From sequence record SRR20825019_493: 40,473 bases of DNA; one strand, 5' to 3'. The position numbers and the translations under genes are program-made. This document shows, one piece after another, positions 9,264 through 18,253 of the stretch. How positions within the stretch are numbered: position 1 is the stretch's first letter; every line of letters starts with the position of its first letter. The notes under the pieces were generated by a model. It saw only the letters and a list, made by a program, of their open reading frames with translations, searched no databases and was not told the DNA's origin.

Positions 9264-9289
9264 ACGCGCACAGGGACGTGCACGTCCAC
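9264..9289 (-). repeat. GTGG-tagged REP-like palindrome (GTCCCN-loop family)
   Basis: Minus strand reads GTGG ACGTGCAC GTCCCT GTGCGCGT. Confidence 0.7.
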
Positions 9290-9383
9290 CTTTATGGCAC
9301 GGACGGTGGGAGGGTTTGCCTAATCTTCCTGATTTCCAGTTTTCCACATTAAATATCTGATTCGTCGCGGTCTTCGCGAGACT

Positions 9384-10715
9384 TCATCGCCAGCCGGGAT
9401 CGGGTAGAGCAAAGGCATCGCCGGTGCGGGTGACCCACTCGGCGAGTTGGGCTTGGAGTTGATCGCGTTGATTCTGATAGCCTCGGACTTGGGCGAGGTT
9501 GACGAGTTCGTAGGGATCGTCGTTGAGGTTGAAGAGCATCCAGGGTTGGCCTTCGAGGACGGTGTATTTCCAGCCGTCGCGAGTCACGATGCCGCGCCAA
9601 GGTCGATCGACGCTGAAACGGAAGGCGGTGGGGCCGACGATTTGGAGATAGGCAGAATTGGGATAGTCTGGCGCGGTTTTGCCGGGGAGGCGTTCGGCGG
9701 AGTAATCAGTGCCGGGAAAGTAATCGGGCACGTCGAGTCCGCAGAGGCCGAGCGAGGTGGGGGCAAAATCGACGTGATTAAACACGTGGTCGCGCAGGCC
9801 GGTTTTTAGATCAGATGAACCGCCGCCAATGATGCAGGGAATGCGGATCGATTCCTCGAGCGGCGAGGTCTTGCGGGAGAGGCCGTGGGAACCGTGCATA
9901 TCACCATGATCGGAGAAGAACACGATGTGCGTATTTTCGGCGAGACCGAGTTCGTCGAGCGCGTCGCGGATGCGACCGAAATTCCAATCGAGATTTTCGA
10001 TCATCCCGTAGTAGCCGGAAAGATCCTCGCGCACCTTGGCCTGCAGTTCCGGATAGGGCGGGACGTTGGGTCGCAACTGAATCTCGTCCGGCGGATAACG
10101 GCGTGACCATTCCTCGGGGGGATTGTAGGGCTGGTGCGGGGGTTGGATGGAGAGGACGGAAAAGAAGGGCTGATCACTCCCGACGTTGGCGCGCAGCCGC
10201 TCAATAAAGAGATCAGTGAGCGCGTCGGTTTCGTAGCCGTCCATTTGACGATGAAAGGCGGTGTCGCCTTCGCCGCCGTGAATCCAGCCATCGTATTGGG
10301 AGAGATTGTTTTGATAGGCGCACCAGTGACGGAATCCACCGCGACGCTCAGGAGGCACGATGTGGCCGTGGACAGGGCTGTTTCGTTCATCCAATCCGTC
10401 GAGGTGCCACTTGCCAAAGTAGGCAGTGTCGTAGCCGTGTTCTTTAAAGGCCGTGGCGACGGTGGGAAGATTCGGATCGAGGGGGTATTGGTGTCCGGGC
10501 ACGGCGTCATGCGGGTAGCGCCCGCTGATCAGCGAGCCGCGGAACGGACAGCAGAGCGGGGAACCGGCGACGGCCTGCTCAAAGACGATGCCCTCCCGGG
10601 CGAGTTGATCGAGATGAGGGGTGCGAACATTGGGATCGCCGCGAAAGCCGAGGGCCTGGGCGCGATGCTGATCGCCGAAGATCCAGATGAGGTTGGGTGG
10701 GGTGGGGCTACTCAC
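9384..10715 (-). CDS. Sulfatase (S1, formylglycine-dependent, Cys-type)
   Basis: PNLIWIFGDQHR, CCPFRGSLISG (CxPxR), GKWHL, FFSDHG motifs; no obvious signal peptide. Confidence 0.92.
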   Translation of the reverse strand: MSSPTPPNLIWIFGDQHRAQALGFRGDPNVRTPHLDQLAREGIVFEQAVAGSPLCCPFRGSLISGRYPHDAVPGHQYPLDPNLPTVATAFKEHGYDTAYFGKWHLDGLDERNSPVHGHIVPPERRGGFRHWCAYQNNLSQYDGWIHGGEGDTAFHRQMDGYETDALTDLFIERLRANVGSDQPFFSVLSIQPPHQPYNPPEEWSRRYPPDEIQLRPNVPPYPELQAKVREDLSGYYGMIENLDWNFGRIRDALDELGLAENTHIVFFSDHGDMHGSHGLSRKTSPLEESIRIPCIIGGGSSDLKTGLRDHVFNHVDFAPTSLGLCGLDVPDYFPGTDYSAERLPGKTAPDYPNSAYLQIVGPTAFRFSVDRPWRGIVTRDGWKYTVLEGQPWMLFNLNDDPYELVNLAQVRGYQNQRDQLQAQLAEWVTRTGDAFALPDPGWR

Positions 10716-10781
10716 ACCGCTTATTTTGGGAGTCGCGGTGCGTGTGGGTCAATAATGCGGGTGCGAGAGACAGGGAGGTGG

Positions 10782-11056
10782 GGCCACTAAATACACGAAA
10801 GGCACGAAAATTTCCGGAGGGATGGGTGATTAGTCACGGAGACCGGAGACCGGAAGAAGAGTTGCCCACAGAACACACTGAAAACACGGAATAAGAGTGG
10901 GCTTGGAAACGTCGCGTGCGTCGCGAGACCTAAATTTTAGGAGGGAGATGAGGCTGCTTTTCTGTGTATTCCGTGTGTTCCGTGGGCGGAATGCCAACCG
11001 CGATTAAGCGAGACTCTGAGAACGATTAAGATAACGAGGAACGAGAAAGAGGTTTA
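10782..11056. repeat. Intergenic cluster of short-period degenerate repeats, including a 28-bp inverted pair (10864-10891 / 10960-10987)
   Basis: gcccacagaacacactgaaaacacggaa versus the reverse complement of 10960-10987, gcccacggaacacacggaatacacagaa (24/28). Also cactaaata-cacgaaagg-cacgaaaa and ggagacc-ggagacc. Confidence 0.7.
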
Positions 11057-11058
11057 GC

Positions 11059-11844
11059 TCAAACGTATTGAGCCGGGCCGATCATGACTTGCTTGAGTTT
11101 GGGATCGGCACCTTCGAGCACTTTGAGGAGAGCGGGTGTTTTGTCGGCACCCTGGCAGCGGAAGGCGAGGCTGTCGCCGCGACCGTATTGGAGCTGCATG
11201 AGGTAGCGGGTTTTGGTGCCGGTGTTGGGGCGGCCGCGATGCCAGGTCTGATGATTGAAGAGATAGATGTCGCCGGCTTGGGCGAAGATCGGTTCGACGC
11301 CCTGACCTTCGAATACGGGATTCTCGCCGGGGCAGAGGCGTCCGGAATAGTGACTGCCGGGAACGATTTCCGTGGGGCCGTCATCGAGTGTGGCGATGTC
11401 GGTGAGGGCGACCTGCACACTGAGCCAGATCAGGGGGAGTCGCGCTCCGGCGGGCCAGCGGGGGATCTCAGGGGGGAGCGGATGTTCGAGCTTGTTGTTG
11501 TCATCCACATGCCAATTGGAAACGGCTTCGCCGGGTTGGTTGCGAATGACGTTTTGACCGGCGAATCGACATTCGGGGCCGAGGATGTGTTGCACCAGCG
11601 ACAATATCGGTTCGCGGATAAAGAGCCGGGCGAAGGCGATGTCTTCATCCTGGGGAGCGCGGACGACGAACCAGCCTTTGCTGGCCTCCTTCACGGAGGG
11701 GCGTTCCGCGATCTCATCGGTGAGCGCCCGGAGAGTGGCGCATTCGTCGGCACTGAGAACGTTTTTGATCACGACGAAACCATCGCGATGGAATCGCTCC
11801 ATGATTTCCTGAACTTCGGCTGCGGGAAGGGGCTGGGTTTTCAT
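11059..11844 (-). CDS. Phytanoyl-CoA dioxygenase (PhyH) family Fe(II)/2-oxoglutarate dioxygenase
   Basis: FHRDGFVVIKNVL, WHVD (HxD), GPTEIVPGSH, WHRG. Start placed at ATG 11844, since the longer ORF overlaps the divergent gene. Confidence 0.88.
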   Translation of the reverse strand: MKTQPLPAAEVQEIMERFHRDGFVVIKNVLSADECATLRALTDEIAERPSVKEASKGWFVVRAPQDEDIAFARLFIREPILSLVQHILGPECRFAGQNVIRNQPGEAVSNWHVDDNNKLEHPLPPEIPRWPAGARLPLIWLSVQVALTDIATLDDGPTEIVPGSHYSGRLCPGENPVFEGQGVEPIFAQAGDIYLFNHQTWHRGRPNTGTKTRYLMQLQYGRGDSLAFRCQGADKTPALLKVLEGADPKLKQVMIGPAQYV

Positions 11845-11965
11845 GGGGTAGTTATGATTGAGCAAGTAAGGCGACGAGTGATGATGACAAGGACGATTAT
11901 ATCTGAGGGATAAACCTGACGTTTCCCGCGTTGCATCCCGTTGCGGAACAATTTGATATAGACAG

Positions 11966-12958
11966 ATGTTTTCCGCTTCTCCCAAACGAATCCGATGTGG
12001 CGTGGCTGGTGTCGGTTCACTGGGCCAACATCACGCTCGCATCTATGATGCCCTGCCGGGGGCGGAGTTGGTGGGGATTTTCGAAACGGATGAGAAGCGG
12101 GCGAAGGAAATTTGCGCCCTCTATTCGTGCGAACGATTTACGACCCTGGAGGCACTGGGCGCGGCGTGTGATGCAGTCTCGGTCGTGGTGCCGACGGATC
12201 TGCACGAGAAGGTAGCGCTGCCCTTGTTGGCCCAGAAGACGCACCTGTTAATCGAGAAGCCGCTGTGCGCGACCTTGGAGGAAGCCGAGAGCGTGTTGGC
12301 GGCGGCAAAAGAGCACGGCTGTCTCGTGCAGGTGGGGCACATCGAACATTTTAATCCGGTGATGGCGTTTCTCGAAAAGGAAGTGAGCACGCCCCAATAC
12401 ATCACGACGGAACGCCTCGCGCCGTATCAACCGCGGGGCACCGAGGTAGGCGTGGTGCTGGATCTGATGATCCATGATATCGGTATCGTGCTCGCACTCG
12501 TAAAATCGCCGATCAAGCGAATCGATAGCGTGGGGGTGACCGTGCTTTCGAAGGGCGAAGATATCGCGAATGCGCGGATCGAATTTGAAAATGGTTGTGT
12601 GGCCAATTTGAGCGCGAGCCGGATGAGCACGAAAAAGCAGCGGGAAATCCGGATATTCCAATCCAATGCCTACCTTTCTCTCGATTTTATGAATCAGGAG
12701 GGGCATCTCGTGAAGAAGAAGGATATCATCGCCTACGGGTTGAAGATGAAAGTGGGCTTGGTGAAAGCGGGCGATTTGAAATCGATTCCAGTTAAGGATA
12801 TCCCTATTGAAAAAGGCGAACCGCTCGCTCTTGAGTTGACGCATTTTACCGACAGCGTGCGCGCAGCGCAGCAACCGAAGGTCGGTGGCCTCCTGGGCCG
12901 AACCGCGCTCGAAGTCGCGATCAAAATCACCGAGCAGATTCGGAATAAACAGTCTTAA
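11966..12958 (+). CDS. Gfo/Idh/MocA oxidoreductase, probably GnnA-like UDP-GlcNAc 3-dehydrogenase
   Basis: GVGSLGQHHAR, LIEKP, VGHIEHFNP, LDLMIHDI motifs; immediately upstream of lpxB. Confidence 0.8.
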   Translation: MFSASPKRIRCGVAGVGSLGQHHARIYDALPGAELVGIFETDEKRAKEICALYSCERFTTLEALGAACDAVSVVVPTDLHEKVALPLLAQKTHLLIEKPLCATLEEAESVLAAAKEHGCLVQVGHIEHFNPVMAFLEKEVSTPQYITTERLAPYQPRGTEVGVVLDLMIHDIGIVLALVKSPIKRIDSVGVTVLSKGEDIANARIEFENGCVANLSASRMSTKKQREIRIFQSNAYLSLDFMNQEGHLVKKKDIIAYGLKMKVGLVKAGDLKSIPVKDIPIEKGEPLALELTHFTDSVRAAQQPKVGGLLGRTALEVAIKITEQIRNKQS

Positions 12959-13090
12959 CCACAAAGGACACGAAGTTCACATAGACGGATGGATTTAATC
13001 ACGACATACTTGATCGCCACGAAATGGGGGCCTGACTACACGGTTGCTGGCGGGAAGCGACGCACTTTCATTATTGCGGTGTTATCAATT

Positions 13091-13173
13091 GTAGCCGGCC
13101 TCGCTGAGGCCGGTTGGGGAGTGGTGCGTGAAACCTTGCGATATCTCACCCCGGGGTCAGCGACCCCGGCTAC
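13091..13173. repeat. REP doublet (REPIN-like), GTAG-CCGG family
   Basis: GTAG CCGGCCTC GCT GAGGCCGG (13091-13113) and inverted GTAG CCGGGGTC GCT GACCCCGG (13151-13173). Confidence 0.85.
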
Positions 13174-13215
13174 AGCGAGCACGTGCGTATCGGCCGGCAG
13201 CAAGACAGAAACGAA

Positions 13216-13241
13216 GGGCGGTCCCAGCGGTCCCGCCCTAC
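13216..13241 (-). repeat. Single GTAG-tagged REP-like palindrome just upstream of lpxB
   Basis: Minus strand reads GTAGGGCGG GACCGCTGGGA CCGCCC. Confidence 0.65.
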
Positions 13242-13248
13242 CTCAAAC

Positions 13249-14415
13249 ATGAGCACGGACAATTCGCAGCTTCCATTTCGTTTGCCACCACCTTCGCGTG
13301 AGTGGGTGGACTTGCTGGTGATTGCGGGGGAGCACTCCGGTGATGAGCATGCGGCTCAGGCGGTGCGCGGGTTGCGTGCCGCGCATCCGGAATGGTCGAT
13401 CTGTGCGTTGGGTGGCCCGCAATTAGAAGGCGCGGGGGCGCAGCTCCTTCACGACCTGACGTCGTCATCGGTCGTGGGTTTTGTCGAAGTGCTTAAACAT
13501 TACTCCTTCTTCAAAATGCTGTTTGAAGAGGTGTTGCGTTGGATCGAAACCCATCGGCCGCGCGCGGTGTGTTTCGTCGATTATCCGGGGCTGAATCTAC
13601 GTCTGGCGAAAGCGCTCCGAGAGCGGGGAATATCGGTCAAGGGCGGCGGTAATGTGAAGCTGCTCTATTATATTTCTCCGCAGATTTGGGCCTGGAAAGC
13701 GAAACGGCGTTTTACGATGGCGAGTGACCTGGATGCGCTGGCGGTGATCTTTCCTTTTGAGGTGGAGTGTTATGCTGATACCGATCTGCCGGTCGAGTTT
13801 GTGGGGCATCCGTTTGTTTCGCCGGATTATCAGTCGCCGGTGCATTACGACCCGAAGGGGCCGCTATTGCTGTTACCCGGCAGTCGTAAACAGGCGGTTG
13901 CGCGGATCTTTCCGGTGCTCCTGGCGGGCTTGGCAGCGCACGGTTCGGACGATGCGGTGGTGCTTTATCCCAGCGAGGGGATTCGCGAGATTTTGGAGGA
14001 CGGCGGATTGCCGGCCCATGTGAAGTTGTTGAAAACCGGCGAATCGATTTCGGCGCGGGCGGTGCTGACGAGTTCGGGAACGATGTCGCTGCACTGTGCG
14101 TTGGCCGGTATTCCCGGCGCGATTGCCTATCGCACGAATGCGCTGACTTACCTGTTGGCTCGTATGTGGGTGAAACTCGACTATATCGGCATTGCCAATC
14201 TCCTGCTCAATGAGCCGATGTATCCTGAATATATCCAGGGACGGGCGAGGGGGACTGCTTTGGCCGGGGAGTTGGAGGCCTGCACAAACAGTCAAGAGCG
14301 CATGCAGCAGACCGGTGAACAACAACGACGGTTGCGTGCACTGCTCGATCGGCCTACAGATATTACGATCGCGAAATGGATCAGTCGGCAACTGACTCCC
14401 AAATCATCCCATTAA
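13249..14415 (+). CDS. lpxB: Lipid-A-disaccharide synthase
   Basis: IAGEHSGD, VVGFVEVL, VDYPGLNLRLA, YYISPQIWAW, IFPFE, FVGHP, LLPGSR motifs. Confidence 0.95.
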   Translation: MSTDNSQLPFRLPPPSREWVDLLVIAGEHSGDEHAAQAVRGLRAAHPEWSICALGGPQLEGAGAQLLHDLTSSSVVGFVEVLKHYSFFKMLFEEVLRWIETHRPRAVCFVDYPGLNLRLAKALRERGISVKGGGNVKLLYYISPQIWAWKAKRRFTMASDLDALAVIFPFEVECYADTDLPVEFVGHPFVSPDYQSPVHYDPKGPLLLLPGSRKQAVARIFPVLLAGLAAHGSDDAVVLYPSEGIREILEDGGLPAHVKLLKTGESISARAVLTSSGTMSLHCALAGIPGAIAYRTNALTYLLARMWVKLDYIGIANLLLNEPMYPEYIQGRARGTALAGELEACTNSQERMQQTGEQQRRLRALLDRPTDITIAKWISRQLTPKSSH

Positions 14416-14419
14416 TCTC

Positions 14420-17400
14420 ATGCTGAAATCCGCGTTGAGGTCCCGCCCATATCGTCGTAGTAATATTCTACCGGTTACCGTGCTGGTCATGGGAGTCGGG
14501 TTTTCGATTATTGCCGGGATCCTGGTGCATAACGGGATGGTGCGGTTGGACGAAGAGCGGTTTGAGCGACAGGTGCAACGAGTGGAGGATGCGATCCTGA
14601 TCCGTTTTCAGGGAGTGTCCAATCTGCTTCATGGAGCGCGTGCGATGGCCCTCGCGAGCGAGGAAGTCAGACCGAGCGAGTGGTCCACTTACTTTGGAGG
14701 TCTGGCGAATCAATATAGCAATGGAGTCGTAGGGTTGGGATTCGTCGAGAAAGTCGCCCGTTCCGAATTGGCTGCTTTTGAGTCAAGAATGCGTGCCGAC
14801 GGATTGACGGATTTTCGCACCCAGCGTCGAGGCAAACGTGATTGGCTCTATGTCGTGACCTGTATTGAGCCGCGAGAGCTTAATAAGGGAGTGGTGGGGC
14901 TGGATGTCGGTTGGGGCAATAATCGTCGGTTGACCGCAGATGAGGCGGCCAGCCGCAATACCCTGGCGTTGTCTCACCGGATCGGCCTGTATTACGACGG
15001 TAGTAAAGTCCCGGGGTTTTTGTTGTTTCTGCCGACTTACGGGAAGGGCCTGCCATTGGAGACCGAAGAGCAACGGAAAGCGGCCGTGCAGGGTTGGGTC
15101 TATGGTTCGATCCGGTTGGATCAATTACTCAGCGATATGGCTAAAATGGCCGGGGCTCAATTGAGTATCAGGGTATTTGAAAAAGGGGAGGATACCGATA
15201 ATTCTCTGCTCTACAATGGGGATCGCCAGACGACATGGGAGGCGGCGGAGGAGGAGAGCTTCGAGAGCTTTTCCGGCGACGTGTCGGCCACGATCCGGAA
15301 ACTGACTATTTTGGGTAACGATTGGACGATTTGGTATCGACCCACTTCGCAATTTTTCCGCGATGGAGATCAGCTGATGCCCTGGATCGTGGGCTGTGGC
15401 GGAATTGCCGCGAGTATCCTCGGAGCGCTGTTGACTTTCAATTTGGTGCACGCCCGCGAACGAGCGCTGGAGGTATCGGGTAAAATGACCAAGAGTCTGC
15501 GTGAAGCGGAGATCGAAGCAAAGCGATTGGCACTCGTGGCCAGTAATACCGCGACTGCGGTGATGATTCTCGATATCCATTGGGGGATCGAATGGATCAA
15601 CGCGAGTTTTACCCGGTTATTCGGCTACACTCTGGATGAGGTTCAAGGGCAATTACCGAGCAAAATTCTCAATGGCCCCAAGACGGATCCGACGGTATCG
15701 GATACCATCAGCAGGGTATGTGAAGGAGGAGAAGTTTATCAGGGCGAACTGGTTTCTTACTCCAAGAGCGGTAAGGAACTCTGGCAGCAACTCGAGGTGC
15801 AACCCCTGCGTGATGACGATGGCACGGTGACCGGATACATGGCCCTGCAATCGGATATCAGTGAGCGAAAAGAAGCGGAGAGAGAGGTGGCGGAGAAAGA
15901 AAAGCAGCTCCGCTTCATTTTCAACCATGTGCCGGTCGGGATTGCCTGGGTATTTTATCAAGAGTCCGGTCCCATGATTCGGCACAATGATCCGTTTTTC
16001 GAAATCAGTGGATTGGAACGTCAGGATCTGAGCAATCATTCGAAAATTCGGGCGATTTCCAATCCTGAGGATATGAAGAAGCAGGATGCCCTTCGCGAAA
16101 AGATGGAGCAGGGGGAAATCGACGAATACAGTTTGGAAAAACGCTACACTCACCCCGATGGAAAAGAGGTGTGGGTGCTTTTGAATAATCGGGTTTATCG
16201 CCATGAAGACGGTTCCTTTAGCCAGGAATTGACGACGGCGCAGGACATCACCGAACGCAAACGTGCCGAACAACAGATTGAGCAAAAGGAAGCCCAGCTA
16301 CGATTCCTCTTTGATGCGATGCCCGTCGGTATTCACCTACATGTGGTGGATCGGGTCTCCGGTCAGCCTGACCATGAAACGCGGCTGGTGAATGAAGCGC
16401 ACCGTCAGATCACCGGACTGACCGACGAAGAAATGTCGGATGACAATGTTTTTAAGGAGATTTCCCATCCGGAGGATTACGAGAAACAGAGGGAGATGTT
16501 TGCCCAGCTGGAAAAAGGAGAGATCGACCACTATTCGTTGGAAAAACGTTATCTGCGCCGTGATGGCAGTCAGGTGTGGGTCCAATTGAATATGAAACGA
16601 TACTTCAATCCTGAAGGGAAGGGGTATCAGGATATCGCAACGGTCGTCGATATCACGGCGAGTCGTGAATTGGCCGAAGGGATCCGGGAAGCGAAGGAGG
16701 CGGCGGAAGCGGCCAATCTCGCCAAAAGCCAGTTTCTGGCGATGATGAGCCATGAAATTCGCACCCCCATGAACGGGGTGATCGGGATGACCTCGCTCTT
16801 GTTGGATACTCCCCTGAATGAGACGCAGCACGAGTATGCCGAAACGATTCGGAACAGCGGTGATTCCCTGCTGACAATCATCAACGACATCCTCGATTTT
16901 TCGAAAATTGAGTCAGGTAATTTCGAGATGGAGGAAGAGAATTTCGATGTGCGTGAGTGTATCGAAGGGACCTTGGATTTGATGGCCACCCGCGCGGCGG
17001 AAAAGCATCTGGACCTTCTTTATGATATTGCCGATGGGGTGCCCGGAATGGTGCGAGGAGATGCCACGAAACTGCGTCAGATTTTGGTGAACCTCTTGGG
17101 TAATGCACTGAAGTTTACCGAGAAGGGCGAAGTGCTGCTCACCGTTCGCAGTCGCGTGGATTCCGATACCCGGGTGGAAATGGAGTTTTCGGTCCGCGAT
17201 ACGGGTATCGGCATTTCGGTGGAAGGCCTCGATCGCTTATTCAAATCGTTTAGCCAGGTGGATACTTCGATCTCGCGTCGTTTCGGCGGAACGGGGCTCG
17301 GACTGGCGATTTCCAAGCGACTGGCCGAACTCATGGGTGGAAAGATGTGGGTCGAAAGTGAAGCAGGTCGTGGTTCGGTCTTTTCGTTTACGATTCAGGC

Positions 17401-18253
17401 GGAGCAAGTCGCGAGCAAGCCACGCACCTATACCAGCCGAGGGCGGGCACAGGTCGCCGGTCGGCGGCTTCTGTTGGTTGATGATAATGCCACTAACCGG
17501 CGCATTCTCACGGAGTGGGCTAAAAAATGGGGGATGCCGGTGCACGCGGTGGAGACAGGTGAGGCGGCGCTGGCTTATCTGGCCGAAGGCCATGAGATCG
17601 ATGTGGCGGTTCTTGATATGCATATGCCGGGGATGGATGGCGTGAGCTTGGCACGGAAAATGAAAGCGACTTCGATTGCGCGCGAGGTGCCGTTGATTCT
17701 GTTGTCATCGCTCGGTCCGGATGAAAACGCCGACTCTAAAGCTCTGTTTGTGGCCAATCTGACGAAACCGGCCAAACCGGATCGATTGTTGGAAGTGCTC
17801 GCAACCAACTTTCTCGGCACCAGACCGAACACGCGTTCACCAATGCCTGATCCCACCTTGGATGTGGTGACGCACAAGGAGCGGGTGCTGTTGGCGGAAG
17901 ACAATGCCGTGAATCAAAAGGTGGCCCTGTTTATGTTGCGTAAAATGGGCTTTCAGGCCGATGTCGCGGCCAATGGCTACGAGGTGCTCGAATCGCTCCG
18001 GCGGCAGCATTACGATATCATTCTCATGGATGTGCAGATGCCGGAAATGGATGGCCTCCAGGCGACCCGAAAGATTATCACGGAAACCCCCGAGCGGAGT
18101 TTGCGGCCTTGGATCATTGCGCTGACGGCCAATGCGATGCGGGGAGACCGTGAGCTTTGTCTGGAAGTGGGGATGGACGATTACATCAGTAAGCCGCTGA
18201 AGACCGATGCGTTGGCCGCGGCTCTGTCCCGTGCGATCGAAGGGAAGGTTTAG
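14420..18253 (+). CDS. Hybrid sensor histidine kinase: CHASE - 3 PAS/PAC - HisKA - HATPase - 2 receiver domains
   Basis: Two TM segments flank a CHASE-like domain; PAC motifs (DISERK, DITERK); FLAMMSHEIRTPMNG; GGTGLGL; REC motifs VDDN/LDMHMP and AEDN/MDVQMP. Confidence 0.93.
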   Translation: MLKSALRSRPYRRSNILPVTVLVMGVGFSIIAGILVHNGMVRLDEERFERQVQRVEDAILIRFQGVSNLLHGARAMALASEEVRPSEWSTYFGGLANQYSNGVVGLGFVEKVARSELAAFESRMRADGLTDFRTQRRGKRDWLYVVTCIEPRELNKGVVGLDVGWGNNRRLTADEAASRNTLALSHRIGLYYDGSKVPGFLLFLPTYGKGLPLETEEQRKAAVQGWVYGSIRLDQLLSDMAKMAGAQLSIRVFEKGEDTDNSLLYNGDRQTTWEAAEEESFESFSGDVSATIRKLTILGNDWTIWYRPTSQFFRDGDQLMPWIVGCGGIAASILGALLTFNLVHARERALEVSGKMTKSLREAEIEAKRLALVASNTATAVMILDIHWGIEWINASFTRLFGYTLDEVQGQLPSKILNGPKTDPTVSDTISRVCEGGEVYQGELVSYSKSGKELWQQLEVQPLRDDDGTVTGYMALQSDISERKEAEREVAEKEKQLRFIFNHVPVGIAWVFYQESGPMIRHNDPFFEISGLERQDLSNHSKIRAISNPEDMKKQDALREKMEQGEIDEYSLEKRYTHPDGKEVWVLLNNRVYRHEDGSFSQELTTAQDITERKRAEQQIEQKEAQLRFLFDAMPVGIHLHVVDRVSGQPDHETRLVNEAHRQITGLTDEEMSDDNVFKEISHPEDYEKQREMFAQLEKGEIDHYSLEKRYLRRDGSQVWVQLNMKRYFNPEGKGYQDIATVVDITASRELAEGIREAKEAAEAANLAKSQFLAMMSHEIRTPMNGVIGMTSLLLDTPLNETQHEYAETIRNSGDSLLTIINDILDFSKIESGNFEMEEENFDVRECIEGTLDLMATRAAEKHLDLLYDIADGVPGMVRGDATKLRQILVNLLGNALKFTEKGEVLLTVRSRVDSDTRVEMEFSVRDTGIGISVEGLDRLFKSFSQVDTSISRRFGGTGLGLAISKRLAELMGGKMWVESEAGRGSVFSFTIQAEQVASKPRTYTSRGRAQVAGRRLLLVDDNATNRRILTEWAKKWGMPVHAVETGEAALAYLAEGHEIDVAVLDMHMPGMDGVSLARKMKATSIAREVPLILLSSLGPDENADSKALFVANLTKPAKPDRLLEVLATNFLGTRPNTRSPMPDPTLDVVTHKERVLLAEDNAVNQKVALFMLRKMGFQADVAANGYEVLESLRRQHYDIILMDVQMPEMDGLQATRKIITETPERSLRPWIIALTANAMRGDRELCLEVGMDDYISKPLKTDALAAALSRAIEGKV

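Noticed and set aside
12989-13252. 87-aa ORF between the oxidoreductase and lpxB
   Set aside because: It runs through the REP stack and has no recognisable motif, so it is probably spurious.
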